From the NCBI GenBank assembly GCA_964016885.1, contig OZ024741.1, positions 147,994,001 through 148,058,000 on the forward strand: a DNA stretch of 64,000 nt, given 5' to 3'. The notes below the pieces were generated by a model, which searched no databases, was not told where the DNA came from, and worked only from the letters and a program-made list of their open reading frames with translations. Below are positions 25,264-37,279 of the stretch, one piece after another. The DNA comes from Eledone cirrhosa. Its lineage: Eukaryota. The position numbers and the translations under genes are program-made. The first letter of the stretch is position 1. Each line of letters starts with the position of its first letter.

Positions 25264-25689
25264 GTCTTGTTGATAGGTTTTGTTAGAATTTTGAAGGTGA
25301 AATTTGCTTTTACTATGAGTTTAGAAAATGTGATTTATACGAATATGGACTTGAAATCCATCGGAAATTATTCGTTTTCTGTGGTTTCACATCCAAGAAT
25401 TCCATCTTAGAGACGGTGAAGATTTGCCTAAAATCTTTCATTCCATTTGACAATTTTTGCCAAAAGGTCTAAATGTGTTCTGAAGAGTAACGTATTTTAG
25501 CCATTGTGTTGTCGTTGTTACTATATTTACATCAAATCTTTAATTATTTCTCAAATTATCAATTCAACAAGCGTTTTGAAAAACAGTAAATGATTACTTT
25601 TCTGAAGGTTAAAAATCATTTTGAAAGAATGAAAACAATTTATGACAAAGAATTGAATGTTCCATCCTTTTGACCTCAAAAGTCGCAAC

Positions 25690-27085
25690 CATCATAAACC
25701 AGTCTTCTCCAACCAGATCTACTCTCTGCCTCATCTTCCCAATCCTCAACACTGGTACTAAGTGTCTTCAGGTTGCCTTTGACAACATCCATGAAACATT
25801 TCTTGGGTTTCTGTCTGGGGCGTTGATCAAGAGTTCACCCTTCTTCGCTCACTTATTCCAACGGGTCCTGTCAGAAGCAACCGTTTCTAAATGATCTGGC
25901 TAGATCCCCAAGCGAGAGCAGCCAAGCTCATGGATGTTATCCAACCATCTTGCTCGGGATCTACCCCTGGGTAACCTGCCGATTGGTTTTGCCCGTAAAA
26001 TCTGTCCAGCGAATCTTTCCTGAGACATTCTAACCACATGCCCATAGTATTGGAGCTGTGATCTCTCAATTCGGAGAAGTAGCAGTTCTACCTGGAGTGA
26101 CTATCTGATTTCCGAGCTACGCACCCTATTGAGTAACTCCAAAGACCCTTCGGAGGAACCCCATTTCGGCTGTTTGGATTCACAATCGTATTCTTTCGGT
26201 CTTTGATTCTGAGCTGGGTATTTGTGTTAAGAGAGGAGCTGAACTGTCAATCGATCACAATCTAGTTATCTGCAACTTGAGACTAACTAAAGCCAAGGAA
26301 GCCCACAAACCTGCCAGGTCCAGGGCAACCAACAGGATAAAGTGGGAAGCGTTGGTGAATAAAGATGTGAAGACCAGGTATGCAAATTCTATTGCATACA
26401 AATTCAGAGAATTCCCTGAGAAAACTGAGAATGTTGAGACAGATGTTGAGAGCACTACCGAGGTAGACAAATGTATCAACAACCTTCTACCTCTGACCCT
26501 GAACAAAGATGTTGGGCTCGGCGTAATGTTGCTCAGGAGGTGGTGTGTACAGGACCTTGGTCTTTTCTGTGTTGATAGAAAGCCCCAAAGCAGTCCATGC
26601 CCCAGGTCCATGATTGCCTGCAAGTCCTACTCGGTATGAGTAATAAGGTGTGCATCATCAGCATAGAGGAACTCTCTGATGAGAGACTGGAAAGTCTGCC
26701 AAGGTGAAAACCCTAACCGCGGTCCTGAAACACAGATACACACCAACATTGCAATTCTGAAACGCATACGTGAGAGTCACTGCAAAGAATATAGAGAACA
26801 GAGTTGGTGCTAGGATGTTCCCTTGCTTAACTCCATTGTCGATGGAAATGGGTTCAGGCAGAGAACCATTGAAATTAAGCCTCTCTTTCATACTTCAATG
26901 TAGCTGTTTGAACAAACTCATGAAACCTGGAGGGCATCCCACCTTACCAAGAATGGTAAGGTCAACAAAGCCTTGCGAAGTTCTAGACATTTCTCCTGCA
27001 GCTGGCGAAGTTCAGGTCTGTTGTTCCCCTGCTCGAGCTAAAGCAACATTGTGTCTCTGGAATCACTCAAGGGCAAATCGCCTTG
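25690..27085. mobile_element. RTE-clade LINE fragments; longer paralog of 1866-2853
   Basis: Adds NGVKQGNILAPTLFSIFF and FLYADD on minus. Confidence 0.75.
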
Positions 27086-28153
27086 GTAAGCCTATTACGA
27101 ATTTCTGCAAAAACTTTACCCACTCTTGAAAATGGACAAAATTTGGCATTGTGGTGTTATCAAGTATTCATATTGACATGGTTGCTACATTATGGGGAGA
27201 CACTCCGGCATTTTCAACAGTGCAAAAGGGGGAAGCTGAATTTAGGAGGGGAAAGGAGTGTCTTCAAGATGACCTCAGGTCTGAACGCCCTGCAACTGCC
27301 ACCGCCAAGGGAAACATTGATTGTGTTTATCATATGGAGGTGGATGCCTATAAATCAAATAGGTAATGCTATTGGCATATCTCGTGAGAGAGTCGAGAAT
27401 ATTGTGCATAATGAACTTGGTATGATGAAGGTTTTTGCTTGGTGGGTGCCACGTCTTCTGACACCTGATCAAAAGCACACCAGGCTGATCACATCACAGG
27501 GAAAATCTGGTATAGTTTGAGGCAGACACAGCTGGTTTCCTTTAATGTTACCTAACCTAGGGTCAGTGTTGGATTCATCACTTTGAGCTAGAGAAAAATA
27601 GATAATCCATGCACTGGAAACACTCCTCCTCCACCTGCTCCAAAGAAGGCCAGGGTCGTTTCATCTGCAGAAAAGGTGAGGGCCCCACGATCAAAGGAGA
27701 GTATGATGCTAACTTGTTAAGGAAGTTACGAAAGGCTATCAAGACCAAATGCCCAGGAAAACTAAAGAAAGGGGTTTTGTTTCAGCAAGACAATGCTCCA
27801 GCACACAAATCCTTGGTTTCAATGCTCTGCATGACTGTGGCTTTGAAGTAGTTGATCACCCTCCCTATTCTCCTTAGTTGGCCCCATCTGACTATAATCT
27901 GTTATCCAACATGAAACAACACTAGGCAGGGAACCAGTATTGCAGTGATGATGACATCAACATCATATTTGCTGTTGATGACTTTTTTTACCAACAGGAT
28001 GAAAGCTTCTTCACTAATGGAATCCAAGCACTGCTACATTGATGGAAGAGCAGTGTAGACCTCAAGGGAACTATTTTGAAAAATAAACCTTATTTGGTGA
28101 TATTTTATGAGAGTGTCTTGGTTATCCTATGAACTGTTCACCTAACCCTCATA
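27086..28153 (+). mobile_element. Degenerate mariner transposon, near full length
   Basis: MDKIWHCGVIKY start, WVPRLL motif, QQDNAPAH, HPPYSP.LAPSDY. Many stops and frameshifts. Confidence 0.8.
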
Positions 28154-29849
28154 ATATAGCAAAATTGCAAATGAAAATGAAATACATGGAGTGAGGGAGG
28201 TAAAAAGCATCCACCTTCCACTTCATCTAACCACGGCCAATGCAATTTTGTGTATAAACATGGTATTGCAGAACATTGAATCCAGGTTGTACAATAGCTT
28301 AGAACAAGCTGCCAGAAAGATGCATATACAACAATACAACAGTATAGATACAAGGGTCAACATGTGAGGGTCTTTTGACTAGGACAAAACGAGTTTGTAA
28401 ACAAATGATAAAGTCTTACAACTGGAAATATGGCAGGATATGGTGCCAGTTGTGCATATATATATATTCATCATCCTCATCTCACATCTATTTTCCATGC
28501 TTGCATAGGTTAGAAAGTTTGTTACATTCTGAGACTAGGCAGGTCAGATAACTGTCTTACTCACACACTCCATTTTGGCATGGTTGGCAATTCCTAATGC
28601 CAACCATTTCATGGCGTATGCAGAATCTGCAGAATACCTACGCTATCAATACTCATCCAACGCATGCAAGCATAGAAAAGGCAACTGTAAAAATGATGAT
28701 GAAGGATAGTAAGAAAAATTACATTTTTCGGCAAAGTAGCTGTTAGCCTTTTGGTCTCCATGACAAGCTTCATACTCATCATGGATCCTTTTTGTTACCC
28801 TTCCTGGTACTGAACACAAGAAGTGGTTTAAGGTCATTTGTTCTGCAAACCAGCTGTTAGCTGTGTCGCATGAGAGGCTTCATAACCAGGGTCCTTTTTG
28901 AAGAACTAATAGAAAAATTGTTTCCTTGGTCCAATTTAATGATTGGTTCCTTTCCTTTCTTTGTCATATTTCTAATGAAAGAGGGATTTAGTATTTAGCG
29001 AGAGAAGGTCGTGTTTATTTTTCTCCCTATCACATAACCACATACATGTGTCATCCTTTAGATATCAATACACAAGAGAAAGAAAAAAATTGAGAATATC
29101 AGTCTTTTAAAAGTAACATTAATTATATTACAGCAAAATCTTGAATTAACGATAGAAGGAAGGGGGTGATTTGAAAAAAGATTTGTATGCCAGCTCTCAG
29201 GAAATCAGGAAAATTAATATAAACACTAAACCAATATTGCAAATACCAAAACAACACAAACAAGGAGGTAGTCAATCCTTTTTAAAAAATAGAATTTAAA
29301 AAAAAAAGGGATTGACACGACACTTCAAATTCACTTTATTCTCCTTTTACTTTACTCCACTTTTCAAATTAAATGATAAGACGGTTCAGTTATATTCAAA
29401 TATTGTAAGGGCGTCCATTGAGAATATCGTTAAGATGTTTGCTAAAATGTAAACAGAAGCTGATTCAGCACCAACAATTATCACTACCATTAACAAGAGG
29501 AAGGCAACGACAGCAACAGTGACAATAACAACGACCCCGCATCTTGGGTGAAAGAAGGCATTCGAGCCCCAGCAACCGGCCGGGCAACCGAAATAGGTAT
29601 CGGTATCAACTACCACTACCATTAACAAGAGGAAGGATACGACAGCGGCAGTGACAATAACAACAACATATATGTGTATACACCAACATCTTACCAGCAG
29701 TCACTACCACCACCATTAACAAGAGGAAGCCAACTCCAGCATCAGTGACAATAACAACCTTTCGGTATTTCCGCTGGGAACAACCCCCTGTTTTCTTTTT
29801 GTACATTCCTCCATTCTTTCATTTATTTATTTGCTAACTTTCTACTTTC

Positions 29850-32830
29850 GTGTGTGTCCCCCTCCATGTACCCCCTTCTCTTTTATCTTGTCTTCTATCG
29901 CCTCCATATCTGATGTAGGTGAGCTATGAGGCCTCACTCATACCAACACTTTCCCTTCCACCCACGTGCAGTTGTGTCTAGCACCTAGGCTGGTGACAAC
30001 CAGCCAGTCACCCCTGATGCTGCTTGGTGCCCCAGTCCCCTGCTCCACGCCCCATCCTCCATCCCCACCAGTCGACATCTGCAGCACTTGCAGCACCACG
30101 AACAGACGGAAGAGTGGCTGTTCGAGGTTCGGCTGCTTCCACCACCTCACCTGTGGTGACTTAACGCGTCGGGCTTCCAGTGCCCACGCAGCGTGGAGAT
30201 GTAGAAACTGTCTCTTACCCTCGTCTGCCTAGCCACGACCGTCTGGCACTCCACCAGATGAGACAGCGAGCTTGCCTGATATCCAAGCCTCGCGAGTCAA
30301 CATCGCTCGGCTCAGGCGGCTCCGGAAGATTCTGCTCAGGATCCCGAGAGCGGCCCGGATGCTGGTAGCAGATGCCCTTGCTTTCTCGATCGAGAGTGCT
30401 CCGGACTCCAATCGAGCCAGCGACTGAGAGCGCCTATTCTATTTCGTCCCACTCGCCCTCGGCCTCCCCAGCTCTGGCGCTGACCGAGGCGGCCGGTCGG
30501 CAGCAGCCTTTGTCAAGGCCAATGTTTCGTCCTTTGGGCAAGCGCCACCACCCCTGCTCTTGAATGCCTCCAATCCTCCACCCCTGAGGCCAGCATCAAT
30601 CGTTTGTGTGACCGCGTAAACGCTAAACTTATCATGGGTGATGTCTCGGTCGCAGTCAGAGTGGTTTCCTCAGGGGACACTGTCCTCCAACCCACCGAGG
30701 ATGTCCTGGCTGCCCTACGACTCAAGTACCCTAAGCCACTCGCTGACCTCAGACCCATACCCCCACCCGATTCACACCCGATCCCCACCTGCTCCTTGTG
30801 GCTTCCGACGCAGACATCATGTCTGCAATCAAGTCCTTCCCAGCTAGCGGCAGCGGAGGTGCTGATGGTCTCCGATCAGGCCACCTCAAGGAGTTGCTAT
30901 CCCCACTCTTCACTGAGGCCGGGCGTCACCTTCTGAGTGCAATTGTGGCACTCATCTATCCATGGCGTCCTGGATCCTCACGCCCGAGGCCTCTTTTTTT
31001 CGGCTAGCTTGACCGCTCTCAGGAAGAAAGAGGATGGCATACGCCCCCATCGCTGTGGGCAATGTCTTCTGGAGGCTGGTTGCTAAGATGGTCTGCAGGT
31101 CCATAACACCTGAACTGGGTGAGGAGTTCATTCTGGTGCAACTGGGTGTAGGCGTGTCCGGTGGCTGTGAAGGGGCCGCACATGCAACATGCAACATAAC
31201 TGCCCACCGGAACCGTCATCCAGGGACTCCAGGCACCTCATTGTCAAGCTTGACATGAGGAATGCCTTTAACTGCATACGCCGGAACCATTTGCTCAATG
31301 CCTGCCACTTCGGTCCAACAGGCCGACCCTCTGGCCCCCCTCCTGTTTTCCCTTGGTAAACACCACATTTCCCGGAGTATCACGGCCCCTCTCAACCTTT
31401 GCTATCTGGACGATGCTACGCTGGGCGTGCCCGTGGAGACTGTCTGCCATGACCTTCAATCGGTGGTTGCTGCCCTGGCGGGAATCGGCATCCAGGTCAA
31501 ATCGTCCAAGTCGGAGGTGGTGAATGTCAGATATGATGCTCAGAGCATTGCAGCCTCCGTCTTGGACGTGCGATCCATTCTCCACCAGGTACAGGTGACC
31601 CCAAAGAGGATGTCCTCAGCCTCGGGTCACCGATACACTCGCCGGCCATCTTCTCCACCATCAGGTCTAAGCTCCAACAACTCCAGACCCTCACGAGTCA
31701 ACTGGGCTTGATCGACAGCCACACAGCTCACTTCCTGTTGAGGAACTCTTTCGCCATGCCAAAGCTCCTCTACACCCTTCGCAGCGCTCCATGCTACAGC
31801 CACGCATCTCTCCTCGCTGACCTCGATACTCCGAGCGGCAGCTGAAGAGATATGCAACGTCCAGTTTGATGACATTCGATGGCAACAGGCCACTTTACCT
31901 GTCAGATTTGGCGGCCTTGGCCTCCGATCCCAGATCTCGCTGGCTTTGCCGGCGTTTCTTTCATCGGTAACCTCATGCTGCGTCCTCGTCAGCAGGGTTC
32001 TCCAAAACACAATACAACCCTTTGTGTTCAGGGAAGTCGCCTGTGAGACGTGGGACAGGCTGGGACTTAGCCCGGCAGACGTCCCTCCTCCATCCCCCCC
32101 CCCCCCCCCTGCTGACGTCAAGTCCCCCCAAAGCGTATGGGACGCCATCCAGTGCAGCCTGGCCTCAGACAGGCTCACGCACCCGCTCGACCAGCACCAA
32201 TTTGCCTGTTTTCGCGCGGCCCCCAAACCCCACAATGGTATCTGGCTCCATGCCTTTCCATCCTTTTCCAGAGGCACGCAGCTGGATAACGATAGCCTGC
32301 GTATTGGCGTTTTCTTGAGGCTTGGACTCCGAATCTGCGAGCCAGATAAATGTCGCTGTGGATCCACCGTGGACTCTTTCGGACTCCACCCGCTTTCCTG
32401 TCGCCACAGTGCCGGCCGCCTTCCACGCCATGCTGCCCTAAATGAGGTCATTAAGCATGGCTTGGACGCTGCAGGCTTCCCCTCCCAGCTCGAGCCGGTG
32501 GGGATGGACCGAGGGGATGGCAAAGGCCAGACGGTATGACCATCTTCCCGTTCCGCAGTGGCAAACCCCTCGTCTGGGATGCCATGTGCAGCGACATTTT
32601 TTCCAGCCGCAACCTGGTGCAGTCTGCGACTAACCCAGGTACTTCTGCACGTCGGTCTGGGGCTGAGGAGGCCAAACTCTCCAAGAACCGGTCGCTCTCC
32701 GACAGGTTCCCAGTCGTGCCCTTGGCAGTGGAGACTTCGGGTGTCCTTGGCCCTAGGGCTATCATATTCACCTCCATAGGCGCTGAGCTGGCCAGACGCT
32801 GGTGTTTGCCTCGCGAGTTGGAATGGCACC
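29850..32830 (+). mobile_element. CRE-like family A, most complete copy (PHD, RT, CCHC, RLE), pseudogenised
   Basis: PIAVGNVFWRLVAK, QLGVGVSGGCEGAAHA, YLDD, QATLPVRFGGLG, CRCGSTVDSFGLHPLSC, RHAALN, (R)PDGMTIFPFRSGKPLVWD, VPLAVETSG. Confidence 0.85.
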
Positions 32831-33271
32831 CTATTTTCTCACCATACGGATTAATAGGCAAAGTTATAAACTATTGTAAATAAATGATTATTGTGGCTTG
32901 CTTTTAAAAAAGAAAATTGTCTCGTTACTAATCTGGTTTTTGGAACATAACAATGGTTCTTTCGTCATCATTTTATAGCTGTGTTTCATGCTGGCATAGG
33001 ATGAACAGGTTGTCACTGTTTGAGACTAGATGGGTCTGAGAAACCTCATCTTGCTCATATATTCCATATTTGGCATAGTTTCTATAGCTGGATACCCTTC
33101 CTGACACCAATCACCTTACAGAGTACACTGAGTGTATTTTATAGTTTTACCAGTAGTAAAGATGTTATATGCTCAGCCAGACTGCAGTGTCCTCTCTACT
33201 CTATTTTGTCTCACTTTATAGAGTTTAGTGGGTGAATTTTATTGTGGCACTTATTTCCATTTGATTTACCA

Positions 33272-36200
33272 GTTGATGGAAGCAGTGTAATGTCCGAGAG
33301 TCAGACAGCTGTTGATGGAAGCAGTGTAATGTCCGAGAGTCAGTCAAATGGTCATGGTGACAGTGTAATAACCGAGAGTCAGACAACTGTTGATGGAAGC
33401 AGTTTAATATCCGAGAGTCAGACAACTGTTGATGGAAGCAGTTTAATATCCGAGAGTCAGACAACTGTTGATGGAAGCAATGTAATGTCCGAGAGTCAGA
33501 CAGCTGTTGATGGAAGCAGTGTAATGTCCGAGAGTCAGTCAGCTGTTGATGGAAGCAGTGTAATGTCCGAGAGTCAGACAACTGTTGATGGAAGCAATGT
33601 AATGTCCGAGAGTCAGACAGCTGTTGATGGAAGCAATGTAATGTCCGAGAGTCAGACAGTTGCTGATGGAAGCAATGTAATGTCCGAGAGTCAGACAGCT
33701 GTTGATGGAAGCAATGTAATGTCCGAGAGTCAGACAGTTGCTGATGGAAGCAATGTAATGTCCGAGAGTCAGACAACTGTTGATGGAAGCAGTGTAATGT
33801 CCGAGAGTCAGACAGCTGTTGATGGAAGCAATGTAATGTCCGAGAGTCAGACAGCTGTTGATGGAAGCAATGTAATGTCCGAGAGTCAGACAGCTGTTGA
33901 TGGAAGCAATGTAATGTCCGAGAGTCAGACAGTTGCTGATGGAAGCAATCTAATGTCCGAGAGTCAGACAACTGTTGATGGAAGCAATGTAATGTCCGAG
34001 AGTCAGACAACTGTTGATGGAAGCAATGTAATGTCCGAGAGTCAGACAGTTGCTGATGGAAGCAATGTAATGTCCGAGAGTCAGACAACTGTTGATGGAA
34101 GCAATGTAATGTCCGAGAGTCAGACAGCTGTTGATGGAAGCATTGTAATGTCCGAGAGTCAGACAGCTGTTGATGGAAGCAATGTAATGTCCGAGAGTCA
34201 GACAGCTGTTGATGGAAGCAGTGTAATGTCCGAGAGTCAGACAGTTGCTGATGGAAGCAATGTAATGTCCGAGAGTCAGACAGCTGTTGATGGAAGCAGT
34301 GAAATGTCCGAGAGTCAGACAGCTGTTGATGGAAGCAATGTAATGTCCGAGAGTCAGACAGCTGTTGATGGAAGCAATGTAATGTCCGAGAGTCAGACAG
34401 CTGTTGATGGAAGCAGTTTAATATCCGAGAGTCAGACAACTGTTGATGGAAGCAGTTTAATATCCGAGAGTCAGACAACTGTTGATGGAAGCAATGTAAT
34501 GTCCGAGAGTCAGACAGCTGTTGATGGAAGCAGTGTAATGTCCGAGAGTCAGTCAGCTGTTGATGGAAGCAGTGTAATGTCCGAGAGTCAGACAACTGTT
34601 GATGGAAGCAATGTAATGTCCGAGAGTCAGACAGCTGTTGATGGAAGCAATGTAATGTCCGAGAGTCAGACAGCTGTTGATGGAAGCAGTGTAATGTCCG
34701 AGAGTCAGACAACTGTTGATGGAAGCAATGTAATGTCCGAGAGTCAGACAGCTGTTGATGGAAGCAATGTAATGTCCGAGAGTCAGACAGTTGCTGATGG
34801 AAGCAATGTAATGTCCGAGAGTCAGACAGCTGTTGATGGAAGCAATGTAATGTCCGAGAGTCAGACAGTTGCTGATGGAAGCAATGTAATGTCCGAGAGT
34901 CAGACAACTGTTGATGGAAGCAGTGTAATGTCCGAGAGTCAGACAGCTGTTGATGGAAGCAATGTAATGTCCGAGAGTCAGACAGCTGTTGATGGAAGCA
35001 ATGTAATGTCCGAGAGTCAGACAGCTGTTGATGGAAGCAATGTAATGTCCGAGAGTCAGACAGTTGCTGATGGAAGCAATCTAATGTCCGAGAGTCAGAC
35101 AACTGTTGATGGAAGCAATGTAATGTCCGAGAGTCAGACAGTTGCTGATGGAAGCAATGTAATGTCCGAGAGTCAGACAACTGTTGATGGAAGCAATGTA
35201 ATGTCCGAGAGTCAGACAGTTGCTGATGGAAGCAATGTAATGTCCGAGAGTCAGACAACTGTTGATGGAAGCAATGTAATGTCCGAGAGTCAGACAGCTG
35301 TTGATGGAAGCATTGTAATGTCCGAGAGTCAGACAGCTGTTGATGGAAGCAATGTAATGTCCGAGAGTCAGACAGCTGTTGATGGAAGCAGTGTAATGTC
35401 CGAGAGTCAGACAGTTGCTGATGGAAGCAATGTAATGTCCGAGAGTCAGACAGCTGTTGATGGAAGCAGTGAAATGTCCGAGAGTCAGACAGCTGTTGAT
35501 GGAAGCAATGTAATGTCCGAGAGTCAGACAGCTGTTGATGGAAGCAATGTAATGTCCGAGAGTCAGACAGCTGTTGATGGAAGCAGTGTAATGTCCGAGA
35601 GTCAGACAGCTGTTGATGGAAGCAATGTAATGTCCGAGAGTCAGACAGTTGCTGATGGAAGCAATGTAATGTCCGAGAGTCAGACAGCTGTTGATGGAAG
35701 CAGTGAAATGTCCGAGAGTCAGACAGCTGTTGATGGAAGCAATGTAATGTGCGAGAGTCAGACAGCTGTTGATGGAAGCAATGTAATGTCCGAGAGTCAG
35801 ACAGCTGTTGATGGAAGCAGTGTAATGTCCGAGAGTCAGACAGCTGTTGATGGAAGCAATGTAATGTCCGAGAGTCAGACAGTTGCTGATGGAAGCAATG
35901 TAATGTCCGAGAGTCAGACAGCTGTTGATGGAAGCAGTGAAATGTCCGAGAGTCAGACAGCTGTTGATGGAAGCAATGTAATGTCCGAGAGTCAGACAGC
36001 TGTTGATGGAAGCAATGTAATGTCCGAGAGTCAGACAGCTGTTGATGGAAGCAATGTAATGTCCGAGAGTCAGACAACTGTTGATGGAAGCAGTGTAATG
36101 TCCGAGAGTCAGTCAGCTGTTGATGGAAGCAATGTAATGTCCGAGAGTCAGACAGCTGTTGATGGAAGCAATGTAATGTCCGAGAGTCAGACAACTGTTG

Positions 36201-36982
36201 ATGGAAGCAATGTAATGTCCGAGAGTCAGACAGCTGTTGATGGAAGCAGTGTAATGTCCGAGAGTCAGACAGCTGTTGATGGAAGCAATGTAATGTCTGA
36301 GAGTCAGACAGTTGCTGATGGAAGCAATGTAATGTCCGAGAGTCAGACAACTGTTGATGGAAGCAATGTAATGTCCGAGAGTCAGACAGCTGTTGATGGA
36401 AGCAGTGTAATGTCCGAGAGTCAGACAGCTGTTGATGGAAGCAATGTAATGTCCGAGAGTCAGACAGCTGTTGATGGAAGCAATGTAATGTCCGAGAGTC
36501 AGACAGCTGTTGATGGAAGCAATGTAATGTCCGAGAGTCAGACAACTGTTGATGGAAGCAGTGTAATGTCCGAGAGTCAGTCAGCTGTTGATGGAAGCAA
36601 TGTAATGTCCGAGAGTCAGACAGCTGTTGATGGAAGCAATGTAATGTCCGAGAGTCAGACAGCTGTTGATGGAAGCAGTGTAATGTCCGAGAGTCAGACA
36701 GCTGTTGATGGAAGCAGTAGATTGTCTGAGAGTCAGACAGCTGTTGATGGAAGCAGTGTAATGTCCGAGAGTCAGTCAGCTGTTGATGGAAGCAGTGTAA
36801 TGTCCGAGAGTCAGACAGCTGTTGATGGCAGCAGTGTAATGTCTGAGAGTCAGACAGCTGTTGATGGAAGCAGTGTAATGTCCGAGAGTCAGACAGCTGT
36901 TGATGGCAGCAGTGTAATGTCCGAGAGTCAGACAGCTGTTGATGGAAGCAGTGTAATGTCCCTGTGTGAAACTGCTGATGGA
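33272..36982 (+). repeat. 39-bp minisatellite, about 95 units (consensus gttgatggaagcartgtaatgtccgagagtcagacagct)
   Basis: Direct tandem array with no spacers. Lies inside a putative exon 33222-37000 (AG acceptor 33220-21, GTAAGC donor 37001). Confidence 0.97.
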
Positions 36983-37036
36983 CTACAAGTGTAAATGAAG
37001 GTAAGCTGATTGACATCTAATCAACAAAATCTAGTG

Positions 37037-37038
<2 letters not shown>

Positions 37039-37125
<87 letters not shown>
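37039..37125. repeat. (AAT)29 microsatellite at the left edge of the retrotransposon array
   Basis: Perfect AAT run. Absent at the paralogous site ~13872. Confidence 0.95.
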
Positions 37126-37126
<1 letters not shown>

Positions 37127-37242
37127 CTTGGAACAGCAAGAACCCTCCGATACGTCCTGAATATCTGAGGCTGCAGGTAGTGGCTTGATATTCAATCCAA
37201 CGGACTTTCCAGTTAACCAACATCAATGACTGAGATTCAAGG
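37126..37242 (+). mobile_element. Extreme 5'-truncated Dong/R4 family A copy (last codons plus 3' UTR)
   Basis: Matches 63929-64000 (ggaacagcaagaaccctccgatacgtcctgaatatctgaggctgcagg...). Flanked by AAT/AAC repeats. Confidence 0.88.
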
Positions 37243-37279
37243 AATAACAACAATAATAATAATAATAAGAAGAAGAAGA

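Noticed and set aside
31627-32829. 400-aa minus-strand ORF
   Set aside because: It is antisense to the GC-rich CRE RT/RLE coding region and has no recognisable motifs.
33272-36982. CRISPR-like array
   Set aside because: Units are contiguous 39-bp tandem repeats with no unique spacers, there are no cas genes, and the context is eukaryotic.
33225-37016. 1263-aa minus-strand His/Cys-rich ORF (SRTLHCFHQQLSD)n
   Set aside because: It is an automatic result of a 3n-length repeat with no stop in that frame. Splice signals support the plus strand.
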